This document shows, piece after piece, positions 22,123-34,709 of a DNA stretch of 64,000 nucleotides (position 1 is its first letter; each line of letters opens with the position of its first letter). A program made the translations under genes and the position numbers. Source of the stretch: Azolla caroliniana (taxonomy: Eukaryota > Plantae > Polypodiophyta); NCBI GenBank assembly GCA_043228905.1, contig JBHGNT010000008.1, positions 1,860,001 to 1,924,000 on the forward strand. The letters are read 5' to 3'. The notes beneath the pieces were generated by a model that saw only the letters and a program-made list of their open reading frames with translations, searched no databases and had not been told where the DNA came from.

Positions 22123-23898
22123 ATGGAGTGGGTGGAGTCCCCCAACAAAGGAAGAAATGTGTCGGTACTCCTCCGGGAGTTTGAGGAACGCTTTGTGCGC
22201 CTTTCGGCGCTCGATCGGACTGTTCTGGACACAAGTCATGTCCTACTGTTTGTCAAATCGGTTGACGCACGGGATCAGGGGCAAGTTGGCCCCTTACTGG
22301 AAACCGAAGACGGGCTGACGACCGACTGGGCCGCGGTAAAGAGAGTCTGCGGCCGTTTTGACAAACGGTGGGAGTGGGCTGATACAGAGGCGCCTGGGGC
22401 GGGACCTGTCGCTGCAAGGAAGCTCGAACCGATACCGCAGGCACGAAGGGAAGAGACCCGGGAGTGGCTCGAAACCGGTTCGCCTTCGACCGGCGTGATC
22501 AGAGGCTCGTCCGGGGGAACAGCTCTGGAGGAGTGGACACGAGCGGTAAAGGATCTCCAGATCGCCCAGGCTCGGAGGGAAGGCGGAGATCAGGCTCGTG
22601 ATCGACGGCCTCCGGCAGGAAGTAGGTGCATGTGGTGCGACGAGGTCGGCCACATCCGGAAAGACTACGGGGACTTTATGGAGGCTTTGAGAAGCCGGGT
22701 AGTGTACATGTGGGAAGGTCGGGTGCACGCCAGCGATACCCGGAGGGCCCTGAACCGAAACGACGGGAGAGGAGGAATGAAAAGACTGATGGAAGAGGCG
22801 GCAGCCCGGCACGCGGAGACCGTCCACTACTCAGCGTCAGCCGGTATTCGGGTCGGGGGCAGCGGGGCCCGGAAGGAGAGCAAAGCTGAATTCTGGCCGA
22901 CGGTGTTGGAAGGCCTCTCCGGTGCCCGACTGAAGAGAGACGAGGCGGACCTCGCGGAGAAGCGGGTCCAGGAGGTAACCGGATGGAGTGACCCGGTCGA
23001 AGAAAAGACGGGTTTCGTCGAAACAGCTTGCCAGAACTACAAGGCTCTGGTTGAAGACAAACGGGTAGGTAAGAACGGAGGGGCCGGACCCTCACAGAGA
23101 TACGAAACCCGATTCGGGCCGAAACGGATCGAGGCCGGTGAGTCCAGTGCCCGGGATAACCACAAGAAGGGCGGATACCGGTTGGGCACGGAGATCGAAA
23201 GGACCACAGACCTACAAAAGGTCCTGGAAGAGCGAATCCTCGACAGCAAGGTGGAACTGTCGTTGCGAGAGGTGCTCGGGATAGCCAAGAAGGAGTTCCA
23301 CGACTCCATCGTGGACTTGGTGAAGAGGAAGAGGCTGTCGACAAAGGCAGAACCGGAAAGACCGATGGAAGTGCGGACGGCGCACATAGAGGACATGGCG
23401 CTGGAAGACGAGTGGGTGGAGAGCCACTATTCGAGGCCACATTGGGCCCAAGCGACCATGGAAACCCCGGTGAAGATCGGAGATGTTCAGGAACCGGTGG
23501 TGGCACTGGTGGACCACGGTTCGGAAATAAACCTGATGTCCATGGACTTCTACAAAAAGGGGAAATGGCCGATCAACACTAAGCACGGGTGGAAGATACA
23601 GGCAGCGACATGAGCCACTGAGGAACTACACGGGGCCTGCCCGAACGTGCAAGTCAAGATCGGCGACGTCGAAATAGACCAGCACTTCTTTGTGCAGGAA
23701 ACGTCCTCGCACCCGGTCATTCTAGGGGAACCGTACATTACGGCGGCGCGAATGGAGACCAAGGTGTTGGACAACGGGTCGGCTTACGCGAGGGTCAAAA
23801 GTCAGGACGGGCATCATTTGGTCCAGTTCCTGACGGTGCGACCGAACCACGAGCGAAACCGCGAGTCCCTCGGTGGCGAGAACCGAGAGGATTTTTAG
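22123..23898 (+). pseudogene. gag: Gypsy-W2 gag-protease (ORF1)
   Basis: 496-aa ORF with CMWCDEVGH and ALVDHGSEIN, one in-frame TGA, ending GAT TTT TAG. Confidence 0.92.
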
Positions 23899-23954
23899 AG
23901 AGGGCTGCCAAGGCGTGGGGCCGCGACAGTCCGGACACTCCGGGAAAACCCCAC
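23889..23954 (+). promoter_or_regulatory. Putative -1 programmed ribosomal frameshift signal (slippery GGAUUUU plus pseudoknot)
   Basis: GGATTTT at 23889-23895, stem 23902-23932, loop GTGGGG complementary to CCCCAC at 23949-23954. Equivalent cassettes lie at 12387-12452(-) and 57793-57856(-). Confidence 0.78.
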
Positions 23955-26900
23955 AAATGTACGATAGAAGCGAAACCGAACAAACCTTGTACCATAAGTA
24001 GGAAGTTTTGTTTCTCCGACAACGGAGGGTGTACAATAGTTGGCGTCGTAGGCCGAGAAAAGACAAGGGCGGAAGAGCGACTTCGGGCGTGCGGAGTTCT
24101 CGGGCCCAGTGAGGAAATCAACGGAGCCGTGGAGGCGGTCTCCTTCGACGATACCTTCGGAATACTGTGAGAGGTGGTCGGAGAGGGCCTTAAAGAAGAC
24201 CGAACGATATCGGTTTGTTCAGAAGAGATGTATGAAGTCATCGCGGACTTCAGTCAAGGGCTCGAGTCGGATCGGGCGGCCCGGGTTAACACGAAGTACA
24301 AAACTGTGGACCGGAAGGTAAGGCCAGTCGCGGCACCCTTACCGGAGGGCAGCGAGTTACGAATCAAGGGGGTCGCGTCGGACCCCAGTTTACGAGATCC
24401 GGCCTGCATAGGGCATGCCTTCACCGACAGAATGCTACGGGAGCTCAAGGTCGGTGGGGGCAGGTTCCTACTGCCAGCGGAAGAAGACCGGTTTCGGAGA
24501 ATGCTCGGAAGGCACGGGAAAGCCTTCGCATTCTCCCCGGGAGAGATCGGGTGCGTAGACCCGGCAGTCGTGAAGCCGATGGTGATATTCACGGTACCGC
24601 ATGTGCCGTGGAATCTCAAACCAATTTCGGTACCGAGAGCTCACATCCCGGAGCTGATGGAGCTATTAAGGCAGAAAGTTGATATGGGCATCCTCGAACC
24701 ATCGAGTGCCCCGTACTCGAACCGGTGGTTTACCGTACCAAAGAAGAACGAGGCGTTGCGCTTCATTCAAGACCTGCAACCGGTCAACAAAGTGACCATT
24801 CGGAACGCAGGAATCGGACCAACGATAGACGAGTTCGCGGAGGCCTTCGCCGGAAGGTCGATCTACTCGGTCGGTGATCTGTACTCGGGGTACGATCAGT
24901 TCCAACTAGCCGAAGAAAGCAGAGACATTACGACGATGCGGACTCCTCTCGGCCTAGTGCGAATGTGTACCCTGCCATAGGGAGGGACGAACTCGGTGGC
25001 CCACATGGTGAATGCGATGAACAAGGTGATGAGGGATTGTATCCTGGACATCACCATGCCATTCTTGGATGACATCCCAATCAAGGGATGTCCGGTGGAG
25101 GAAAAGGACGAAACGATTGGACCGGACGGATGCCGGAAATTCGTGGCGACACACATTGACGACTGCGAGAGGGTGCTGTAGAGGCTAGAGGACGCGAGGC
25201 TCACCTTCTTCGGGGAAAAATCGGCCTTCGGGCAATCAGAGATCATGGTCGTCGGACATCTATGCGGACCATATGGCCAAAAACCGTCTCCAGCAAAGGT
25301 GGAAGCCATCTCCGCAATGAAGCCCGACTGTAACTCGGTCACGGAGGTACGGAGGTTCTTGGGAGCATGCGTGTTCTACCACATATGGATCCCACATTAC
25401 GCCCACGTTGCTGAGCCGCTATACGGGTTGCTAAAAAAGGGGCGAAAATTCGAGTGGCGAGACGAGCATACGGAGACGGTGCGAAAGATGAAGGAGGCTC
25501 TTGCTACGGCTCCGGCACTTCGGAAGGCTGTCTACGAGAAAGGCACTCCCGTCTACATAACGGTAGATACGAGTCCGACCGGGATCGGATGGGTCGTCAA
25601 CCAAGATGACGAGGACGGCATCCGGTTCCCAATCCGGTTCGGCGCGAAGGTCCTTAGCGAGCGACAACGAGGATACGCCCAGGTTAAACGCGAACTCTAG
25701 GGTATCGTTTCGGCGGTAAAGGCCGATAAAGACTATATGATTGGGACAGAGGTGATTATCGAGATGGACTGCCTGCCGATTCTCGGCATGGTTTCCGGAT
25801 GCGCAACCCCGGACCTGGCAATGCTCAGGTGGATAGCGTACATCAAGTCCCTGGATCCGGAAATATGACACATTTCCGGGAATGACAATGCCATGGCCGA
25901 CATGCTTTCGAGGGCGCGATTCAACGACGAGGGCGGCATGGTTTTCGAGGACGAGGAAGTCGGCGTAGACTTCTTCGAGGCGGCTTACGTAACAACCGAA
26001 GGGGGGAGCACTCCGGCGCTTAACGATTTCAACGAGAGCAAGTACGACGGGGAGTGGCTGCAGATTGCGGGATTCTTAAGGACAATGATGCCGGACGCAT
26101 CGTGGACAAGGGACGAGGCCAACCGGATACGGAAGAAAGCGTATCGGTTCTTTCTCCGGGACGGATACTTGTGGAAGCACCCGAAGAAGAGGAACGGCAT
26201 CCCGCTCCAAGTAGTGGCGACGAAGGAGGAACAGGAGGAATTGCTGAAGGCCTACCACGACAACCCCTGGGCTGGGCACCGTGGGACGTGGGCCACGTTC
26301 GAGAAGCTGAAGGGGAAGTACTGGTGGCCGGGACTGTACCGGGACGTGCATCGGTTCGTGACAACTTGTGAGAGTTGTCAAGTGCACTCCATAGTCCGAC
26401 ATCGGGACGAGCTTCACCCCACATACCCTCCGGCCATCCATTTCAAATGGATGGTAGATTTGGTGACGATGCCGATGGGCGTAGGACAGATGCGATATCT
26501 GGTGCTGGCTCGGGAGGACCTAACGAACCAGGTGGAAGGCCGAGCCCTGCAGAACAAAATGACCGCGACCGTGTGTCGGTTCCTGATCGAGGACGTGATA
26601 TGCCAGTACGGGTGCGTCAGAAAGATCGTGGCTGACCGCGGGGAGTTGGAAGCCGAAGAGGCCGAGGAGCTGTTCAACCGATTAGGGGTCAAGCTCTCGC
26701 TCACCACAGCGTACAATCCGGAGGCAAACGGGAAGGTAGAGCACGGGCACGGGCCAATCGCTAGTCCAGGTTGGGAACTAGCCACGGCTGTTACCTTACG
26801 CCTTGTGGGCAGACCGGACAACGCACAGTTCGGTAACCGGGTTCATGCCGTCAGAGCTCATGTTCAGACAGAAGCTGATCATGCCGATGGAACGGACGAT

Positions 26901-27453
26901 CTCCTCTTGGGCGACTTTAGACTGGAGTGACGAAATGAGTCGGGAAGAACTGCTAGCGGTGCGTATACGGCAGCTCGAGCGGAGGCCAGAGGACGTGGAA
27001 CGAGCGGCGGAGAGACTTCGGGCGGGGAGGATGAAGAACAAAGCCCGGTTCGACCGGACGCACTGGCTCCGACCAAAGAAAATCGAGGAAGGCGACTGGG
27101 TGCTAGTCTACGACATCAGCCTCAACAACCAGCACTGAGCAACACGGAAGATCGCGAAGCGGTGGTTCGGGCCTTACGTGGTAACGAGCGCCAACGACAA
27201 CGGAACGTATCACCTGGCGGAACTCGACGGTACGAGGATGGCGATGCCGGTAGTAGGGAAGCGGGTCAAAGCGTTCAAGAAACGCCACGACGACGAACCG
27301 GATCTAAGAGGCCTGGACAGCGAAGATGAACAATCCGAAACGGAGGGTGAACCGATGGACGAAGAAACGGAACCCAGACCGGTTTTCTCCAACCAGAAAC
27401 CAATTTTGGCGCATACCGGTGGATGCGCGGTTAGGTGGGGGCGGATGTCATGA
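23895..27453 (+). pseudogene. pol: Gypsy-W2 pol (RT-RNase H-integrase, ORF2)
   Basis: PFLDDIPIKG (RT), ITVDTSPTGIG (RH), H-x6-H...CESC and KWMVDLV (IN), WFGPY; scattered stops and one frameshift. Confidence 0.93.
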
Positions 27454-28088
27454 AGAAAACCATCCCCTGGCGCAATCGGTGAATAGCGCACATGAACCGG
27501 CCCTTCACGTGTGCGCTCTTAATGTATATAATAGAGAATTAGGTACAGAGAGAGATCCGGGGTAGTTAGATTCGGTAGGTAGGAAGTAAATGAGGGAGAC
27601 GGCTCCTTTCTTGATGCTATAAAGGAGAGGGAGACACAGGGAGAAGGGATCGCGCATTCAGGAGGATGAAGTGTTGTCAGACCGGAACCGAACGCTTCTC
27701 CTCTGTCTGTTCTTTGTTGCTCTTCTCTGTAGGTTTCGGGAGGCTCGCGCTGCTTCGAGGAACGCCCGTGTGCTTCCGACAGCACCTCCATCCTATCCCC
27801 ATTTCGTGCGCAGACGAACAAGCACCGGCATCTATTCGCCGGCTTGTTCGGTTGTAGCCGCTCGCGTGTTCTGCTGTGTACTTGTTATTCGTTAATATAC
27901 AAACACTTGTTTCTTCCTGTCTCTGTGTCTATTCGCATCTTTTGTGTTGACGGGCTACGCCCCTGTGTTTCTTTGCTCATACGTGACCGGGCGTCTCTCT
28001 CCTTCTCTTTCCCCTTCTATCACCTGCTCTTCGGTTCAAGACCCCCGTGGTCCCGCCTTTCTACACGCACACGTGTAACAACACGACA
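27446..28088 (+). repeat. 3' LTR of Gypsy-W2 (643 bp)
   Basis: Follows the G-rich PPT, has TG...CA termini and TATA-like CTATAAAGG near 27617. Confidence 0.9.
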
Positions 28089-28559
28089 ACGTTTTGTACA
28101 AGCCTTGACAATATGGCTGACACAAGTAATGACAGTACTTGACCACTCATAAATGAGCCTACTACACTAACTCCCAACATTATTCCTTACGAGGAATATC
28201 TTCCCAACGGCCTCGCAGTTTTCACACTGATACGGCCATGTTATGCGTTCCGATTTACGCACCCAGTCTACGCACTAGGTTACGCATCATATTATGCACG
28301 AATGTTGAGCTTGTCTCTCAACACTCCCCCTCAAGCTCAACTTGAGGTTCCACCTACTCCGCCGGATCTACGCTCCAGTTCCTTCTGGCTTCACGCCTCA
28401 CACGCGCTCCTCGACCTGTTCGATTCCACACGCCTCGACCCTTCCGGCCGGCTTGTCTGTTTATACAGCCCTTCTCAGCTTCCTTGTTGTTGCGGTGTTG
28501 GCGCTTCTTCTGCTGCCTTCTCTTCCACTTGGACCTTGGTTGATTCAGCGTATCCGAAT

Positions 28560-31500
28560 TGTAAAAAGTAACGTGCGGAAGCAAGTATGAAGACCGAACA
28601 GAAGGAAGAAAACTCAGGTTTAATGGAGAGCTTGAGCTTACGCAGTATACGCGGGAGAGACAGAGAGAGTGAGAGAGAGAAAACACAAGAACTATATTTC
28701 AACAAAAGATCTTGATTCACTACTCTATACATATGTGTGTTCTATGAACACTTTTATACAAGTCCTCGTAGGACTGACCGAAGTACTGACCGTACTTCAA
28801 TGCTCTCTAAGAGCTCCTACACTAACTCCCAAATATATTCCTCACGGAATATCTTTCCTAACGGCCTCCCGGTTTACGCACTCGGCCTAACCGATCGGTC
28901 CCAACCGATCCGGTCCTCGGCTTCTTCAGCCGATCCAGCCGATGTTGAGCTTGTCTCTCAACACTCCCCCTCAAGCTCAACTTGAGGCTCTTCGGGATCC
29001 TCGGGCTCACAGCTCCGTTTCCTCCTCGCTTCACACCTCGCTCGCGCTCCTCGACCTGTTCGACTCCGCGCGCTTCGACCCTTCCGGTCGGCTTGTCTGC
29101 TCATGCGGCCCTTATCAGCTCTTCTACTGTTGTGGTGTTGACGCCTCTCCTAATGCCTTTTCTTCCACTTGGGCCTCGGTTGATTTAGCGTATCTGAATC
29201 AAACATCCGAACCGACTCGGCAACCTCCGATCGGTTTTCGTTCTCGTCCGAGTTGGCTGTCTCCAACTCATCTTCGGTCTTCTCGCCCTCGGTGGCGTCA
29301 TCTTCCCCATGCGTGGTTGGCTTCGGCTCTCTCCTCCGGCTGCTCCCCTTCTGTCCACTTTCGGACTTTTCCGCGGGTCCGTCCTCGTCTTCTTCAGCCG
29401 ATCCGAAGTCGAACTCGACAACCGAGTCAACCGACTCGGTCTCGCGGCCTCCGCTCCTTTCTTGCTACTTTACTTGGTCGTTCGGGACTGTTCTCCCCCT
29501 CAAGTTTGGCACGTCGAGGTGACACAATCCGAGTGCACCTAAGAATTGCCGCAACTTGTCCAGACCAAGAGGCTTGGTGAAGATGTCGGCAGTCTGCCGA
29601 TCTGTCGGAACGTACTGAAGTTCGACTTCACCGGAAAGGACACGCTCACGGACGAAATGGTAGTGCACCTCAATTTTCTTGGTCCGTGCGTGGAAGACGG
29701 GGTTCTTCGCGAGTTGGATGCTGCTGAGGTTGTCGCAGTAGATCGTCGTTTGATCGGACACCTCCTCTTGTCGGTCCTTAAGTAGCCGCTTCAAGCATAT
29801 GGCTTCGCATGTCGCGACAGCCGCTCCTGGGTACTCAGCTTCGGTGCTCGACAGTGCAACTGTCGGTTGCATCTTACTGCTCCACGCGATCGCGGCACTC
29901 CCGAGGGAGAACGCGTATCCAGACGTGGATCGGTGATCAGCGGCGTTGCCAGCCCAATCATCATCGGTGTAGTCGACTAACTGCACGACTGCACCGGTCC
30001 GATATAGCAGTCCCCGGTCCTCAGTGCCGTTGACATACCGAAGTATGCGTTGCGCAAACTGAAGGTGCTCCTCGGTAGGTCGCGCCATGAACTGACTGAT
30101 CACTCCGACCGGATAACTGAGGTCGGGTCGGGTGATGGTCAAGTATATGAGGCTTCCGACAATTTGTCGGAACCTCGTCGGGTCGCATACCTTTCCCGTA
30201 TCGGGATGAAGCTTGACAGTTCTGTCCAGAGGAGTCGAGACGGACTTACAGTCGGCCATCCCGAATTTGAAGAGAATACTCAACACGTAATGACGTTGGC
30301 TGATCAATATGCCTTCGGGGGTACGGATCACTTCGATCCCAAGGAAGTAATGAAGGTCCCCCAGATCCTTCATGTCGAACGATGCCGCAAGCTAGAGCTT
30401 CACGCGGTGGATTTCGCTGAGGTCGGCGCCGATGATGACCAAGTCATCAACATATAGTAAAATACTAACCGGTTCGAGTCGACCTTTCCAAATGAACAAG
30501 GAAGAGTCCGATTTTGATGTGACGAAGCCCATCTGACGCAGTTCTTGCGTGATTTTCGCGTTTCAGACACGCGGGGCTTGCTTCAGTCCGTAAAGGGACT
30601 TCTTCAGTCGGCATACTGCCGAGGAGTTCATTCCGGAGTGAAATCCGGGGGGTTGTACCATGTACACTTGTTCCTCAAGGTCACCTTGCCGGAACGCATT
30701 CTTTACATCCATCTGATGTAGGTGCCACCCCTTCGCCGCAGCTACTGCAAGCAAAACACGGACGGTCGTCATTTTTGTGACCGGCGCAAACGTCTCATCG
30801 TAGTCGAAGCCTTGTTTCTGCGTGTAGCCCTTTGCCACTAGCCGAGCCTTGTACCGGTTGACCGAGCCATCGGTGTTGTACTTGACCTTGTACACCCACC
30901 TACACCCGATCGGTTTTACCCCTCTTGGTGCGTCAACCAGGTCCCAGGTCTCGTTCTCCGCCAATGCGTGCATCTCTTCCTCCATCGCGGCACACCAATT
31001 CGCGTCTTTAGCCGCTTCTGCGTAGCTCTCCGGCTCACGCACTTCCGCTACACGGGTCATGTACGCATAATGATGCGCCATGTACTCGTTGTATCCGAAC
31101 CGCAAAATAGGATTCTTCTGGCAGGTAGATCGGCGTAATCTCACATTAGCTGATGTCGAGGCCTTCTCCGTCTCCACTACTCGCCGGCTTTTCATCGGAC
31201 TGATCGTACCGACTCAGTCGTCCAATCGGTCCACTTAAACGGAGTGAAATTGGACTCTCTTCGTGGGTCTCGATTTCGGACTCATCCGGAGGCATCTCGG
31301 CCTCTCTGACCTCATCGTCAGAGCTCGAATTGGAGTCGGGGTTCGGAGTTGGGGACTGGTACCAGGACGCGGACTCTTCAAACACAACGTCGCGGCTGAC
31401 ACGCGCTTGTTTAGTGCGAGGGTTATAGCACTTATAACCCTTCTGCTCGTCTGAGTAACCAACCAACATGCATTTCTCGGCCTTTGCGTCCAGATTCCTC

Positions 31501-34102
31501 CTTTTCTCCTTCGGTACATGCACATACGCAATGCTACCGAACACCCTCAAGTGTCGCAAGCTCAGCTTCGTTCCGAAATATAGCTCCTGCGCTGACACTT
31601 TGTCTCCGATCCGGTTCTGGATGTATACTGCGGTCCTTACCGCCTCGGCCCAGTAGAACTTGGGCAAGCTCTTCTCCTCCAGCATTGCCCTTGCCGCTTC
31701 CACAATCGACCGATTCTTCCTCTCGGCCACGCCGTTCTGCTCCGGCGTGTATCTACAACTGAATTCACGCCGAATTCCCATTTGTTGTAGATAACCGTTG
31801 AATTGACCAGAAAAGTACTCTTTCCCACCATCCAACCGCAGGCACTGGATCTTTCGTCCCGTTTCCATTTCCACGAACCCTTTGAGGTCCCAGAAACAGT
31901 CAAAGACTTCGCTCTTCCTCTCAATGAGGTAGATCCACGTGTGCCGCGTGTGGTCGTCGATGAAGGAGACGAAATATCGGCTCCCGCCAAGACTAACGTT
32001 TTGTGCCGGCCCCTATACATCGGAGTGTATAAGGTCGAGCTTGTTCCGGCTCCGGTTTCGCTCGTTTGGGAAAGGAAGTCGGTGTTCCTTCCCGAGCTGG
32101 TAGGCTTCACAAATTTGTGCCTTTCGGCCACTAAATTTGGGCAATCCTAACACTACCTGTTTCGATTGCAGATCTTGAAGCCGCTGGTAGTTGACGTGGC
32201 CTATCCGCTTGTGCCACAAGTCGATGTCCGACTCGGATTTTTGTCCCTTCGCGAACATTGCGGTGCCGCCGTTAGTGGAATCGAGGATGAACATCCTCCC
32301 ATCTCTGCGCCCTTGCGCAATCACACGGCCTTCTTCCTCAATGAAGCACCCGAGGTGTGTAAACCGAACCTCCATCCCTTGGTCGACGATCTGTCTAACC
32401 GAGACCAAGTTCTTCGTGATTGTCGGAACATGAAGCACGTTCATGAGTTTCCCTTTCTGCCCGACATGGCTAAGGGGAACTTCTCCGACATTCGCAATCG
32501 GATGCGGAGTGTCGTCTCCAATTGCGACTACTCCAGGTTGTATCGGTTTTTCAAGGTACGAGAACCACTCCTTATGACTCGTCATGTGGTTCGACGCGCC
32601 GGAGTCTACGTACCACACCTCGTCCGATCTCGGGGTGGTCCGTTTCATTGAGTTTTCTTCGTGTCTCGTCACGAAAACAAACCCTTCTCCGGGTCTCCCT
32701 GAGTCTTCAGCGTAGTGCGATCGCTGCCGATTTCCCTTGTCGGTATGTCCGGAGCCGTTTCCGGAACCGGTTCTCTCCGAATCGGCGCGCTTCTTCCAGC
32801 ATTCTCTTTCCCTGTAGCCTTTCTTGCCACAGTACCAGCACTCCGCGATGGCCTTCCCTTGCCGGTTCTCATCGCTTCAACTCCCCCTGTTTCCGGAGGG
32901 TCCGGAGTTGCTATCGGCATCACTTCGGTGCCTTCTTCCTTGATCTCGTCGGCTGCCTCCATTGCGCGCCGACTCGCCTTGTCCTCCACGTCCACGGGGC
33001 CTATCTCTCTCCGTTTACAACATTCTGTTGTCGGTGTGCATGCCTATAGACGCACCCGCATGGTTCTTCTCTACCAGGAGCATTGACTGTAAGTCGAAAA
33101 AGGACGGCGTATTCTCCCGGGTACACACAGCCGTCCGGAACGCTCTGAACTTCGACACCAAACCTCCGAGACAGATCTGGACCATCTCGCTCTCCTCGAT
33201 GTTCACCTCTATGGAGGCGAGGGAGTCGCAGATATCCTTGATCTTCGAGGTATAGTCCGCCACCGACAAGTCGCGTTGTCGTAGGTTGGTCAACTCCTGT
33301 CGGAGCTAAAGCTTCCTGGTTATGGTGCTCGCGGCGAAGATCTTCTTCAGATTTTCCCACGCACCCTTCGGCGTCTTTGCATCCCGAACATAGCTCAATA
33401 GCTGTTCGCCCACACATGACGCGAAGCAGTATAATACCCTGCTCACCGATTGCTCCCACGACGGGAAGTCTCTGTGTGTCGATTCGGGTGCCGCGTCATT
33501 AGCTCCTTCGACATAACTCCAGTAGCCGTGCCCGAGCAGGTACTGGTGCATCTTGTAAGACCAAGACGCGTAGTTGGTTCTGTCAAGCTTCTCTGTTGGA
33601 AGTGAGCTCGCCATGCCTCTATCCATCGTTCTTCTTGTTCTTCTTCGTCAAGCTGTGTTGGCTGCAGAGAGGTTCTCAACCCTCACACTCTGATACCATG
33701 TAAAAAGTAACGTGCGGAAGCAAGTATGAAGACCGAACAGAAGGAAGAAAACTCAGGTTTAATGGAGAGCTTGAGCTTACGCAGTATACGCGAGAGAGAC
33801 AGAGAGAGTGAGAGAGAGAAAACACAAGAACTATATTTCAACAAAAGATCTCAATTCACTACTCTGTACATATGTGTGTTCAATTAACACTTTTATACAA
33901 GTCCTCGAAGGACTGACCGAAGTACTGACCGTACTTCAATGCTCTTTAAGAGCTCCTACACTAACTCCCAAATATATTCCTCACGGAATATCTTTCCTAA
34001 CGGCCTCCCGGTTTACGCACTCGGCCTAACCGATCGGTCCCAACCGATCCGGTCCTCGGCTTCTTCAGTCGATCCAGCCGATGTTGAGCTTGTCTCTCAA
34101 CA
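28560..34102 (-). mobile_element. Full-length Copia-B2 (5.5 kb), TSD CGAAT
   Basis: 404-bp LTRs 28560-28963 and 33699-34102 (about 9 differences by eye); PBS TGGTATCAGAG ending at 33698; PPT 28964-28975; CGAAT at 28555-28559 and 34103-34107. Confidence 0.97.
28958..33626 (-). pseudogene. pol: Copia-B2 gag-pol
   Basis: ORF pieces 33306..33626 (gag), 32013..32672 (PR/IN), 31146..31874 (IN), 30563..31195 (RT) and 29465..30373 (RT/RH), with stops, frameshifts and a deletion near 31170. Confidence 0.93.
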
Positions 34103-34709
34103 CGAATCAAACATCCAAACCGACTCGGCTTCCTCCCATCGGTTTTCGCTCTCGTCCGAGTTGGTTCTCTCCAACTCATCTTCTGTCTTCTCGCCCTTGA
34201 TGGCTTCGTCTCCCGCACGCTTGGTTGGCTTCGGCTCTTTCTTAAATATGTTTCTTGAGAGTCCATCAGGGCTATATTTGTAAATAGTTGAAAAGTCATA
34301 TTAGTATAAATATGACTTAGGGCAAACTCAGTATTGAGTTGTTGTCATTCTTGTTGGCGCAAGATTAGAGCGCGCAACTGTGTACAGAGAGAGTGAGAGA
34401 GAGGAAGAGGTCGTTGCCTCTGTTGTAACCGCCTCCTGTGGCGAAGATAGAAAGCTCAAGGTCGTTGCTTCGGTGCTATACCATTTGTACATCTAACATA
34501 GTGATAGTTTGCAGTCTGTGGGCTGCCGTGGTTTTTTCCCTAGTTTGGGTTTTCCCACGTTAACATCCTGTGTTCTCTTCTCTCCATTGTGTCGTGCATT
34601 CATTCCCCGTTTTTCTGTGTTTTGATTCTAAGCTCGGTTGTGGCCGAGCGTTGTTCATCAGGAGCGTGTGTTCCTGTCAAACTGGTATCAAAGCGAAACG
34701 ACACAAAAA

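Larger units (their letters stand above)
22067..28088 (+). mobile_element. Gypsy-W2, 5'-truncated
   Basis: gag-PR 22067-23898, pol 23889-27453, PPT 27434-27445, 3' LTR 27446-28088 (TGTCATG...CACGACA) followed by ACGT. Confidence 0.93.

Noticed and set aside
22676-23506. Long antisense ORFs (also 1360..2103, 11734..12603, 56889..57617)
   Set aside because: They are shadows of gag/pol on the opposite strand, with no recognisable motifs and no consistent start or stop between paralogous copies.
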